Virus record (IMG/VR): IMGVR_UViG_3300046169_000069
DNA from: a virus
Reading direction: 5' to 3' (one strand)
DNA length: 64,000 nt
Position 1 is the first letter of the stretch; each line of letters starts with the position of its first letter. Below, in pieces: positions 25,794 to 38,060 of this stretch. The notes under the pieces were generated by a model. The model searched no databases. It saw nothing but the letters and a program-made list of their open reading frames with translations, and was not told the DNA's origin. The position numbers were made by a program, and so were the translations under genes.

Positions 25794-25801
25794 CGTAAAA
25801 A

Positions 25802-25809
25802 TATTTATA
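25802..25809 (-). promoter_or_regulatory. T4-type late promoter TATAAATA (second copy)
   Basis: tatttata, intergenic. Confidence 0.6.
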
Positions 25810-25816
25810 CCAACTG

Positions 25817-26284
25817 TTACTGTGGTGGAGTTGGCCAGTTAATGTCAGTTAAATTCTCAATTCCGTCAAGATTTTCTGTAATATCACGCAACTCTTGACG
25901 ATAACCTGCCCATGCATTCTTCATATCGAGTGATAGTGGGGCGTCTGGAATTTGCGTCCAATCTGTTCTCATCAACTCATTGTTGCGAGTCTGACGAATT
26001 TCGATATGTAAAGATTGTAAATTGATCTTCCAAGAATGACCGTCACGGTAAGCGTGTTCGTTCGGAGGTTCGCCAATATCAACGAAAGACTCTGACGATC
26101 TGTCATAAAAATTTCTGCGGACGAACTCTAATGGGGTAAGAGAGCCCATGCGTTCATCGCCAATCAATTCGAATCTACTAGACCCGTCTGGTTGTAAACC
26201 TAATTCAACTTTTAAAGTTGCCGGTTCTATCTGTAGGTTCATAATTGAACCGTTTGATTCATTAATATGTGCTAACCAACTCAT
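25817..26284 (-). CDS. Tail fibre assembly chaperone (Phage_tail_APC-like C-terminus)
   Basis: IRQTRNNELMRTDWTQIPDAPL..WAGYRQELRDI..INWPTPP. Confidence 0.85.
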   Translation of the reverse strand: MSWLAHINESNGSIMNLQIEPATLKVELGLQPDGSSRFELIGDERMGSLTPLEFVRRNFYDRSSESFVDIGEPPNEHAYRDGHSWKINLQSLHIEIRQTRNNELMRTDWTQIPDAPLSLDMKNAWAGYRQELRDITENLDGIENLTDINWPTPPQ

Positions 26285-27108
26285 TCTACTATACTTCCTC
26301 TAAATATTACGAAATCTGGTGATCTTTGACTATAAGTAATAGATCCAAAAATACCTGTCGTTGTTGTTGATTGAAATCCATACACTCCTGAGGCAATTGT
26401 TACTGGGCTCGAGGCAGTGCTTGGTTGATAATTACCACTTCCTGTTGGTGCGAAAATTAACGCTCTACTAGTTGATGAACTTGTTAAAAGAGAAACCCCC
26501 GTTGATTGAGAGATATCATCGCCTATACTATAAAAAAAATCAAAAGAAGAGTTTAAAAGATCTGACCTTACAACCGAACCGTTGTTAGTAATTAAAGCAA
26601 CAGAGCCTGGTGGATAGTATTCTTCTAACTTAATTGTTTTTTCTGAGGTCATCGCTCTGGAATCGAACTGAACTCTATTTTCTTTATTTATTATCTGTAG
26701 TCCATAGTCTCCGGTAGGGGTGACATCGGATGACGGTTTCAAAACAATATATTCTAGTGATCCGACTCCAGAAAAAGTGATTTGAGATTCTTTATACCAT
26801 ATGTTTGGTCTAACGCCTAACAACAGGGTTGTGGGTGTTGGGTTTCCGTTTGCGTCCTCTTCATAAAGAGGATTGGGTTGGCCACTATCATATTCATCAT
26901 AAAAAAACTTAATGAAATCATGCGGAAAAGTTGGTCCCCTTACCGGAGTGTGTCGAACGAACACAAGGTCTCTTGCTAAATCAACATCGACTGTAGTCTT
27001 AGACCCAAATCCATGTTCAACTGCTACGTAGTTAGACATGTCTGCTTCTGTATCAGCAATTACAATGTTATTAGATGATCCTGATTTTATTTCTAATCCA
27101 TATGACAT
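26281..27108 (-). CDS. Tail-associated protein with two YGL-type repeats
   Basis: MSYGLEIK and GDYGLQIINKENRVQFDSR; coupled to the chaperone gene. Confidence 0.55.
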   Translation of the reverse strand: MSYGLEIKSGSSNNIVIADTEADMSNYVAVEHGFGSKTTVDVDLARDLVFVRHTPVRGPTFPHDFIKFFYDEYDSGQPNPLYEEDANGNPTPTTLLLGVRPNIWYKESQITFSGVGSLEYIVLKPSSDVTPTGDYGLQIINKENRVQFDSRAMTSEKTIKLEEYYPPGSVALITNNGSVVRSDLLNSSFDFFYSIGDDISQSTGVSLLTSSSTSRALIFAPTGSGNYQPSTASSPVTIASGVYGFQSTTTTGIFGSITYSQRSPDFVIFRGSIVE

Positions 27109-27109
27109 A

Positions 27110-27991
27110 TTAGAACCTTAACATATAATATGTGTAATTAATTGTACGGGCATAGTTAAAAGTTAATCCATATTCATCTTGTGCCGTTATTAAAACGCCG
27201 TTATTTGTTCTGGTGTAGTTTATAAATGACGTTCTGAAGTAAATATCTATAACAGATCTATTGGTTAATGTCCACCCAAAACTTCTAAGATCTAGTTCGT
27301 ATGTTGCGCTTGCAACATTTGCGGGGATAGTTATGCCGACTGTGCCTATCTCATTAACTAAACTTATTACTCTTTGACCACCGCCCCAGACTTCATTGCC
27401 ATTAGCATTTAATATTTGTATTCCATAGTCTCCCTGAGACACATCGACAATCGTTGTGGGGTCTCCTAAATCTACAGGGTTAATTTCGCTCTGTCTGGAT
27501 ACAGTATAAAACTTGTTTGAAGACATTGATGTCGAAGTCTGAGAACCTCTGGTGTAGATATACTCACCAACTTCAACTTGAATCGCCCCTTCGGATATCA
27601 GTCCGTTAAAAACTTCATCGCCGACCCAATTGATGACAACAGTTTTAACTCCGTCGCTTGAGTAGTCGGCTGGTTCATACCAATAGGATGATCCACCACC
27701 ACCTCCACCACCACTAGTCGTTTCGCCAGTAACTGCATATTGAACAGTTGTGAGGCCAGAAAAAGATTCGGTAGTTTCTCTGGTATACGTCACTCCCCCG
27801 AAACTATATTGAGTATCGGTTGTCGCAATTAAGTCCGTACCAACTTCATCTACGACAATAGATCCATTATATTTTATTGTCGTAGTGTATACCGGCACTG
27901 CGGAACCGCCATCAAATTGATATGTGGTAGTTATCTGCCAATAGTTATCTGTTAACGCAGTCCCGCCACCGATATTATCATCACCGATCAT
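27110..27991 (-). CDS. Tail-associated protein with two small beta domains and a YGI-type C-terminal domain
   Basis: Domains ending GGVTYTRE and GEYIYTRG joined by poly-Gly; GDYGIQILNANG. Confidence 0.55.
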   Translation of the reverse strand: MIGDDNIGGGTALTDNYWQITTTYQFDGGSAVPVYTTTIKYNGSIVVDEVGTDLIATTDTQYSFGGVTYTRETTESFSGLTTVQYAVTGETTSGGGGGGGSSYWYEPADYSSDGVKTVVINWVGDEVFNGLISEGAIQVEVGEYIYTRGSQTSTSMSSNKFYTVSRQSEINPVDLGDPTTIVDVSQGDYGIQILNANGNEVWGGGQRVISLVNEIGTVGITIPANVASATYELDLRSFGWTLTNRSVIDIYFRTSFINYTRTNNGVLITAQDEYGLTFNYARTINYTYYMLRF

Positions 27992-30900
27992 GATAGTTTA
28001 CCAAGTTTGACTCTAACTCTAGAGACTTCAACATTATCTACAATAACACTATCACTAATTGTGATAAGATCGTTAGTAATTGACACACTACCTTGTCCGG
28101 CTACACTAGATGTTATATTTAGACCAGTGTCTCCCGGCAGGTAACTATCTGGATCAGTTGTAATAGCAACTAAACTTGCATCGATTCTACCTGTTTTGAT
28201 CCCACCACCATCGATTATAGTAATCCCATCTACGTCCCTTTGTAGAGTTCCTTCGCTATTTTGGAAAGTTACTACTCCATTGAAGTTGTATGCTTTGAAT
28301 GGTGGCCCGAAACTTACCAATGTACTACCATTCTCGCCTCCGGATTTCTCTGCCCAATATCGGGCAGACCAATAATCTCCACTCAAATTAGTATTTACAA
28401 TAGGGTCTTGAACCCATCCGGTTGGGAGATTCCCTAAAGCGTTATCGTCCCAATTAAAAGTGGCACCATCATATGATAAAGGATTTGGATAAGTATCGTC
28501 ATCAGGCCATTCAGATCCTATAACTGGACTTGTGTAATAAATGTACCCACGGGACTCTCTAGGGAGATTGCTTAAGTCTGGAGTGCCTGGGTCCCCATCA
28601 CGTGAGTGAATAATCGGAGCAGACCAAGTTAGTTGATAATCGTTTCCAGTCAATTGACCTTGTGTACTTGCTAAAGCTTGAGTCATCCATAATGCGTTAG
28701 CACCAGTGTCCGCCGGTTCTTCAGACCAACCTTTATCGGGGTCGAGACCAATGACTTTGTCTTGATCAAAACTGTAGTAAATGCCCGTTGGCGGATCGCC
28801 TGCAACTCCCGTTGTTGTCAGACCTGAAGAGATGCCCAGACCTGTTCTTAAATCATCTTCTGCGTTACTGCTTCCGAAGTCTTTGTCTAGTCTCTTGAAG
28901 AGTTGTATTCTGTATGTTGAGAAACCATCTTCACCGTTGTTTTTTGATTTATAAGGTGCCGACCATCCACCATCTGCTCTTTCGGGATCTTCGTCACCTA
29001 CTATCGCAAATGTTCTTTCGATTTCCCAAATAGTGTTGCCGTTAGTCGGGAATCCTTCATCACTAACATGATCCCACCAACCAGCTGGAGGACACACACT
29101 ATTTCCTGCTAGGGTGTACGAACCAGAGCTTCCATCTAAGTATGCGAGATTAAGTCCATTTGCATCTGATATTGATATAGGCGAACTACCAAAATTAACA
29201 ATTCCGTCTGTCGGGGTGGTTGGAGGAGTGTCTCGGTCCCCACCGCGTGTAACAACTCTCAATAGGTATGTTGATCTTCCAGGCGCACCAGTTCCTCCAG
29301 CCGTAGTTGGATCAGGATCTGACCACGCAATATTATTATCTACTTTAGATTCGCCTGGAATACCAGAGATTGAAGCGACCCCGCTACTAACATAAAGTGT
29401 TGCGTTTGGGTAATCCGTTTCATCATAAGGATTTATCGGAACAACCTTTTTCCAAGGGGAATTATTGTCTATAGTAAACGTCTTGTTCGCAAAATTAAAA
29501 GATGCGTCATCACTCTCGGGTTTACTAGGTGGAGTATCATTTTCGACCCATCGATATACATTTAATTGAGCGACAGTTCCGCCATCAACAGCGACATTCA
29601 GAATCAACTTAGGTTCTGTAAATGTAAGTGTGTTGTCTATGCCGATAGCGCCACGAAGAGTTGCGACAGTAGAAATTTCATATAGTGGTCCGTTACTATT
29701 ACCTTCCGCATCATATAAAGCAGGAATTTCCTCATACCAACCAATACCTTCATGGGTTAATGCTGGAGTTGATGTGAATCGGTTCGTTGTGAAACTATAA
29801 ACTGCTCCGTTGCCAAAGTCAGAGGAGTTTGGATCTGGAATTTGGTTCCAATCCGGATCTAATGCAGTAACATCTGGAATGCGGGCATATAATGACTTGA
29901 AGTAAGTGGATACTGGAATCAGAACATCAATTGTAGGTGTTGACCAAGCCTCTTTTGTTCCGTCGGGGTTGCCATTAGTTGTGGCCCAATCTGTCCCTTC
30001 GTCACCAGATAGAGAGAACAATCTCTGAGAAGACCAAAGTGTGTCTTCGCCAGGCGGTTTTGCATAAAGCCACTCTATTCCATCTTCATCTGTTATTGAG
30101 TAAGCTGAATTTGTAATAGGGCCCATATGCTGGTGTTGCGGTCGCAGAGTGACCTACATATGAGTTTGCAGGGGTTGTTGCACTGAAATCAAAACCACCA
30201 CCAAGTGGAGGTTTAGGTACAACTAAGTTGCCATTAGTGTCTAAGGCGTCCGCAACTCTACGATATAAAACGGCAGTAAATGTAGATCGACCGTTTCTGC
30301 CGTCACTTCCGGAAGTAGTTAGTTGTGGATCGCTCCAAGTAATATCATCGTCTAATGTCGAATCATTAGGTAATCCAGATTCGCTAGCAATACCCGTAGA
30401 GACATATAGTTTAGGCGCTTCGTCAGTTCTAGGAGGAGTGGCGGCAAACCATCCTTCATCTACTGGAGCTGAGTATTCGTTTGATCCGAAGTCAAAACTG
30501 CCGCCTGTAGGTTTGTCCTCAGACACTAGATTAGTTTCTGCCGCGACTCGCTTGTATGCAAATAACTGAACAGTTCTTGCTCCGACTACACCATCGACTG
30601 GTGGACCACCCACTAAAGCAGGAGAAGACCAAGCACCAGAAGGCGCAGTAAATGATTGACCATCTTCTGGGTCTATCGCAACAAAAGTATAAGTTGATGA
30701 CCAAAGTTCGTCAGTCTCAGGAGAAGTTGGTTGAGAAACTGACCACCCAGAAGGTTCGCTAAACACACCTGAACTGAAGACATAAGATCCACCATCTGGT
30801 TCCGATGGAGGAACACGAGCGCCGTCAGCTACAGTTTTTGGATGTCTTGTAAATACTGTGATAGTTTCACGAAAGGTGCCTGAGGGATTACCGCCACCGC

Positions 30901-31438
30901 CACCACCAGTTACAGTAGCAGCTTTCCATTCATTGCCCGACCATCGCAGTACTTGGCCTGGTTCTTTGCCTGAAGTGTCTACGTTCGAGAGATCGTCTAA
31001 TCCAGAAGGTATAGATGGTCTATTAGTTAGACTGTTATAGTCTCCATCAAAACCACCCGAACCAATATCACTCTTGTTTGCAAGTTCTACCCATGAACCA
31101 CCGTGCGCAAAATATGCAGCTCCAGTATTATGGACATGCGCGAACATACCATGATAAGCAGACGCGTCTGGTAGCTCTGCAACATTAGCATACATGTTAC
31201 CAAAGAGAATCTTATTGCCACCAAGATCTAATGTCTGCGATGCAAGAAAGTCACGAATCTCTTGTTCAGTAAATCCCGCGTCATCCACAATATCAGCGAT
31301 CGCCGCATCAATTAAAGCTTGTACTTCCGCTTCGGACAATCCGGCGTTCTCCAGTACATTTTGAAAATTGTCGTTAATCTTCAGAATCGCTTCATTGATT
31401 TTATCCGCAAGATTAATTGTGTATATTGGATTACTCAT
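27988..31438 (-). CDS. Large tail fibre/tail-tip protein (~1150 aa) with tandem ~100-aa Pro/Trp-rich domains, one apparent frameshift
   Basis: 30086..31438 joins 27988..30126 at GGGCCC ~30120. N-terminal KINDNF motif, His motif, repeated 'P..P.GGSFDF..GW..P..L[WY].S..WS.P' units, C-terminal RVKLGKLS. Confidence 0.7.
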
Positions 31439-31664
31439 TTACATCACCTGTTAATTTTAAGAGCAATTGTTTAATCTCATTCATGTCTTCTTTTAATCCC
31501 TTAACGTCCTCAGTAAGTGAGTTGATGTGTTCTTTTCTTTCATCACTTACTTGTTTCAGTTTTCTTGCCCTTTCAATCTCTGTTGTGTTAGTATTTAGTA
31601 TGGCCCCAGTACGCTTATCTCGTACTAAATTGGTATGGCCTTCTACTTTTATATGCGACTTCAT
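31431..31664 (-). CDS. Small conserved coiled-coil protein
   Basis: IKVEGHTNLVRDKRTGAILN plus a C-terminal heptad repeat. Confidence 0.65.
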   Translation of the reverse strand: MKSHIKVEGHTNLVRDKRTGAILNTNTTEIERARKLKQVSDERKEHINSLTEDVKGLKEDMNEIKQLLLKLTGDVNE

Positions 31665-31673
31665 GTAAAACCT

Positions 31674-34600
31674 TTAGTGATGAAAGACTAGAGCATCATC
31701 TTCTGATTGCCAAGCAGGGTTTACTGATCCACCCGCATCTCTATATTCATCTGTGTATCGAATACCGATCGGTATATCCAACCAATCAAAAGTCTCACCA
31801 CTGTGAGTAGCGGATAGGTTGACACTATAGTTACCTGAAGCTTCAGAAGTAATCGTGTTCACAAACTCTGTACCATAGTTCATAGTAACAGTACCCGTAG
31901 TAGACCATTCCGGACCAAATGTGTATGTTATTGGATAGTAGTGTGTGTTATGACCTTCTGGTCTTTCGATTCCGTAAGTTATGAATCTAACATCATGTTG
32001 AGTACCATTTACAGATGAATCCGTTTCAATATATATTGGTTGAACTGTTGCTTGACCTTCTTCTTCTGAGGTCATTTCTGGACTATATGGATAAAGTGCG
32101 TGGAAGTCTCGACCACTCTCCCAATATACGCCATCATGGGCGACAAGCTACAACGATACCTTCGTCTGTATCAACCGTCATACGATCTCCAACAGGCAAG
32201 TCATAATTGAACGTGAGTGTTTGAATGATATCGCCAGCTGGTTCATACAAATCACCACCAAATGCCTCACTAGTAGGTGGAGACAATCTAATGTCCATCT
32301 CTACAGTACCAGTATATGGTGTGGATTCACTAACACCCGACATATCAGATTCAACTAGAATGAACCCTGTGCTACCCATTTCGCCCCTTTCAGAGACCGA
32401 TAAATTAGTTGCAAAACTGTCACCGACATGATCGTAGATTGTTTTGTTTCGAAGTACCGACACACCGTCACTTGTGTGAGACATGATCGGATCATTCGGA
32501 TCATTATCATTAGGTATTTCATAATCGTTGATTTTTTTCAGGGTGCTTGTAATTCCAAATCTTTCTAGATAGTCAAAGAAGTTATTAGCTGGACCGTCAG
32601 TAAATTGTTGAATAGGTCTATCCAACCACTGACTAGTATGCACTAGAGTTCGTGTTCCAACATCCGTAGCGTTTACTTGAGAATAGACTTTCAACGATCC
32701 ATCAAGGTGGAACTCAAGATTGAATCTGACTCCTCTAGGCTCCCAACCAGATGTACCTGACCACTCTCTACCCACATCGCGGCTACTTGCTGATATTGTT
32801 GGAACGGTCTCAGCGAAAAGCGAACTTATGTCTCTGACCTCATTGGTCTCGCTTCCGGTGTCGGTATTAGTTTCGCCGCCGGTGTCGGTATTAGTTTCGC
32901 CGCCGGTGTCGGTATTGGTCTCGTTACCAGCATCTGTTCCAGAATTCGGAGTCGTGCTAGAAGAGGTTGTAGTAGAACTTCCATTTCCACCAACTCCAGT
33001 CACTAACGATATTGTACGCAAATCTCTAATAGTAGGAGACTTAGAAGAGTTCTTAGCGTGCATAACAACTTTAACTTGGAACGCGGTAAACTGATCTAAC
33101 TCTGCAGTATACTCGTACTGACGGAAGTTTTGGGGATTATCATCTTCTGGTAGAGGTTTATCTATTTCTACCTTAATCCAATTTGTGATAAAACTTCCAC
33201 TGTTATCTGTAGTTAATAGTGCGTCTTCGTCTGCAGCAACCTTAACATATACTTCGAAATCAGAGCCTGGTGGACGATTCGCTGAGAACATAACCTTCAG
33301 AGATTTAGACGAATCGTTGATAGTCACTGCACTTGATATGTGTTGTGCTGCGTATCCAAATGTGGTATAATCAGGCGTATCCGCCGTCGCGTTATAAACA
33401 TCATAATCAACGACATTTTCTAGTGCAAGAACAGAAACTCTCTGTAGATCGATGACCGGAGAAACTTTAGTATCACTTGTCGTCATCTGAAGATTGAACT
33501 TCATTGTCTCATTACCACTCGCGTTCTCTGAAGAAGCGACGATGCTTGGTTCACCGTTTATGTTGTAGTCATTTAAGAATACTTGACGTGCGTTCGCCAG
33601 ACTACTTGGTAGACCATAACTGAACTGACCTAGACTACGACTGTCGTTAGAAGAGTTACCGCCATAAGACTTTGCCTTTGCATCGAATAGTTTTGCACTG
33701 ACTCCTGTCTTGTTAGGAATGACACTTTGTATCTGCGGTATAAAACTATCATAGTATACTTGTTGTGATGCAACGACTGTATCACCACCACCGACACCTG
33801 ACATAGGTGCAGACGCGGACACTTCAATTGTATATCCGTCCCAGTTCACACTCTTGATGTCAAATGTTCCGTTGAACTCTGAGGCAGCAACACCACCGAT
33901 GGCATTCGCAACACCTGAGATCGCAACGTTGTCACCCCGACTGAAACCATGCCCTTCGTGATAGACCTTGACAGATGTAGAACCTGAAGTAGTCTCCAGT
34001 GGATCGGTTTTCAGTGCAACTTTTGGTAGAGGCGCATTGTCGAGAACTAACGCGCCCGATGTAGAGAAATCGGCTCTATATAGATCAAACATCAAATCTT
34101 TAGATTGATCTGGTGACCAAGTATATCCATTCTGTGACAAGAACAATGAACCAGCAGCCGCCTGTCGGGATACTTTATCTTCACGACTACCAACAACAAA
34201 CTCATATGTTTCCGCAATGTATATGTTATACTCAACAGACTCACTGAGTATTGCTATAGCATACTCTTCGCCGCTTGTCAAGTAAATCGGTTCATCGAAT
34301 TCTACGGTTGTTGCATTTTCCTGTACCTCTGACATAATAGTATCAGAACTGAAAGGAGTAACTGTTATGTCGGCTGGATCAACAAAAGTGTTAGACCCTG
34401 GCACAATACGATTTGTTGGCACACCGCTTTCGACTGCACGAATCTGAACCTGCAGAGGTACAGTCGCATCTTTACTTTCTAGGTAAAGATTGACCTTGGT
34501 TAAGAATAGTCCGTTAGGGTTCTCTATTTGATCTACAAAGAACGTTTGTGCGAGCGGATCACTACGACCCCCATCTCTTTCAACTACGCGTGTGGTGCGA

Positions 34601-37600
34601 ATGGTTTGTTGTACATCGTCAATAGAACCTGTTGATGAGTAAGATGCGCGAGCAGATACTGTTGATTCGTTTTCATTATTAACGCTAACATCAAGTAATT
34701 TAAATTCTTGTTTTCCTGTACGGAACTTCAACGTATCTGTGTTAGGCAAGAAGAACGAACCAACCAGTTTTCCAGACCCATCTGTCTGTAGTGCAGATGG
34801 TCCACCTAGATCAGTTGGGTACTCAGTCGCAGATGCGTACTGGCTTCCAAACTCTTGTGGGTCGTCTGCGAATCGTTGAGTCGTCGCTTCTTGACGTACC
34901 CAAGAACTTACATCTTTGTCACCGAAGAATGCGAACATCTTAGTATTAGGCCGCAGACCCCTAGCAACAAAGTTGATTCTACGAGAACGCATGTACGGAG
35001 TAACTTCTTCTCCTGCGACCTGTGTTCCCGCATAATCAAAGACAGTGAGGCTCATTGATGCATCTGCACCCGATATGTATCCCGTCTGAGTGTATCCAAG
35101 AATACCAGCGCCGCCTCCTCCATAGTCCCACAAATCATCTCCATACTGATCTTGTATGTAACCATCACCAGTACGTTCAATCGTTTGCATCTGTGGAGTT
35201 AAGTCTCGTGTTTCGATCCACTCATCCGAAGATGGTGATAGTTCCATCGTACCCACTTGACTTACAACTGCGAACGGGTTAACGTTCACAATGTTGGTGG
35301 CTAAATCCTGCAATATATGTGAGGTGCTGGTGAATGGTAGTGTCACCAAGTCGCCATTTTTCACGACAGCGTCAACGTTGTCCGAACTATAAGATAGTCG
35401 AACAGAGTTCTGACGGAAAGATGGTTTCAATTGACCAGTTGGATCTTGAGACGCTCGATAGTTAGGATTGTTGACATCCGAATAAAGATATGAGGTGAAA
35501 TTATCAGCAACAATACCCGTCTTTATTATTTCCGCCCCAGTATCTGGATCTATGATAGGCAAGTTGACGGTAGCTGACTCTAGTAAGTTGAGTGTTGTAA
35601 TTTCAAGATTTTCAATACGTTTCTCTAGTTCACCGATATCTTTCATAGTGAAACGTTTGTTTGGAATATAAACACTTGATAAATCTGATCTATCAAAAGT
35701 ATATGGGTTCAATCGGAACTTGTACATTGCCATTGAACCTGTAGGAATTTGTGGTTCACGTGGGCTGACCGCCGATTCTCCTTGAATGACTTGTAACTCA
35801 CCAAACCCAATACCATCTCGACTGTCTATTGCGTTAGCGACAAGAATATCAATACGTGGTAGATAGTATTCAACATCATCAATTGAAATTGCAGATGCGT
35901 TCTGAGGCAGTGGTGTCTTCACCACGAACTCACGTAAATATGGCCCTAAGAAATCTCTGGTAGGTCGGAAATCAAGTACATCAAGTAGACAGACAATTTG
36001 TCCCGAGACTGTCGTGTACTTCGGAATATCTTCGTATGCATCATCCACATAAGATGCTGCGCAGAAGTATCCTTCTTTATCTTCGTGTGCATAATAATCA
36101 TACACTACTTGTACGTCTTTGGCAACACCATCATAAGGAATTACGTATCCAGATTTCAGATATGCAACTGACCGATCATAAAAGTTGTCTCTTTGACCAC
36201 CATCAAAAGTGAACTGGTGTGTAATGTCTTCTGCATCGTCCCACGGGCCAGTTTCGGCTGATGGTCGATACTTAACCGACTTCAACTTGATACCATCAAC
36301 ATAGTCCAAGAAAAGTGGACGACCTTGTTGATCGGATACAGTCACACTGCCGTATTCTACCGATTCTGTAAGCGTCTTTGATCGGGGAGTGATATTAGTC
36401 TTTTCTACGTAATATGCAATAGTATATGATTGACTAGGAGTGAGACCAGTATACTTACCAGTCATATCAGGACTTATCGATAGGATCTCGCCAGCCTCTT
36501 CAGCGATTATCCACTGCGACTGTTCTACACCTGATAACGTAAGTTCACCAGCACCATCTGCTTGCGTAGTTGTTGTAACCTGCGCAGTATAGTTTGCGGT
36601 GATGCTGTCTTTTGTCGGTGTCGTTCTTGGTAGTTCAAATAGTAGGCTATTATCAGCAGCTTCGTGAATAACGCTATCAACCATAACGATCTGTGGGCTA
36701 TTAGGGTCGAGTGTTGGGTCTTCTAAGATTGTCGCCTCAGAGAAACTGTGATAACCACCGCCCTGTTTAGGGTCCATGCGAATGTTAAAGATGTATAAAC
36801 GAACGCCTGTCGAGTCACGCTGTACAGCACGTACGTTACAGTAACCAATGTAATCACCCGCAGATGATGTTCTTAGGCGTTGATGACCAAACGATGCAAG
36901 TCGGCCGAAACCTTGTGACCCTGAAGCGCCTTCTTCGATGTAAACATAGTTACCGAATGTCGCTGGTACAGGTTCGTTAAGTTTCTCTAGTGTATCTCGT
37001 GCCTTTGGTACAGTAATGTCCGTAGCACCGATGTCTAATCGATATCCATCTACATAAGCAATGCCTTCACTCACATCTAGGTTTAGATTGTCCGCATCCT
37101 TATCTTCAAAGATTGCAGTAAACTTTTCGACAACATAGTTACCTGACTCTTCTTTCGTTCGTTGAGCCATTAATTTATTGATTCGATTGTATGCATCAAA
37201 GTTAGACACTTCACGAGTGATTTTACCATCTACAATCCGTGCGATGAATATAAAATTGGACTCTTCTTCTGGAAACTCTACGCGACGAGCATTAAACAAC
37301 TCTCGCGTAGTAGGAATTAGTTTGATCTGATATCGATGTGCGCCAGGAGCAGTGTGATCCGGAACCTGTCCTTGATTGTCATAGAGCTGTTCGTCATCAC
37401 CTTCTGTAACAATTTTCTGTTCTATTCTAAATCCAAAGTCTTCCTCTGGGGTATCACTGTACTTAGAAATAAAGGTGTCGCCTTTCTCTAAGTATACAAA
37501 GTGTCCCTGTATAAAAAAGTCTCCCGAAGAAAAGTGTGCTTTGGTTCCACGACCAGCAGCAGGAATAGGATCTGAACTGTCATCAATCACTTTTAAGTTG

Positions 37601-38052
37601 ACAGATACATTATCTACACGGGTTATGATTTCTTGAGTTGATACGCGAGGCGCTTTTTCCGTATCGGTGACCGCAGAGGTATCTGTGTATTGGACATACA
37701 GAGTCTCTGGATCGGTGTTTGTGGCGGGAACGATTTCAACTATTTTAAATTCTATTGTCCCGTTGGTCAACGTCACGCCAAATAAATCAGGCGTCGTTAC
37801 ACTGACAGAGTCCAACCGAATATACTCGACCTTGTTGTTTACTGTCGCACCGCCCGGATTGACCATCGCACCTTCTTTAAAGATGTTCTGACCAAATCGT
37901 GCAATCTCTTCTTGAATGATTGTTTGTTGTTCAATTAATTCACGAGCTTGGAGCGCACGGCCGGAGTTGTATAGAACACGATAGTAACCATCATTCGCAT
38001 CATAAAAATCGCGATATGTTTCTCGAAACGTTTTGCTTGTAAAATCTGTCAT
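31674..38052 (-). CDS. Large baseplate-associated structural protein (DUF4815/VrlC-like) with a C-terminal extension
   Basis: YYRVLYNSGRALQAREL, APGAHRY, RTKEESGNY, DFRP, VNPFAV, DPLAQTF and GSLFLSQNG motifs. Removing one base at AGCT ~32145 fuses 32134..38052 in frame with 31674..32075. Confidence 0.75.
32853..32925 (-). repeat. Three 24-nt tandem repeats encoding an ETNTDTG[G/S] linker
   Basis: ccggtgtcggtatt(a/g)gt repeated at 24-nt spacing. Confidence 0.85.
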
Positions 38053-38060
38053 GATGTGTC

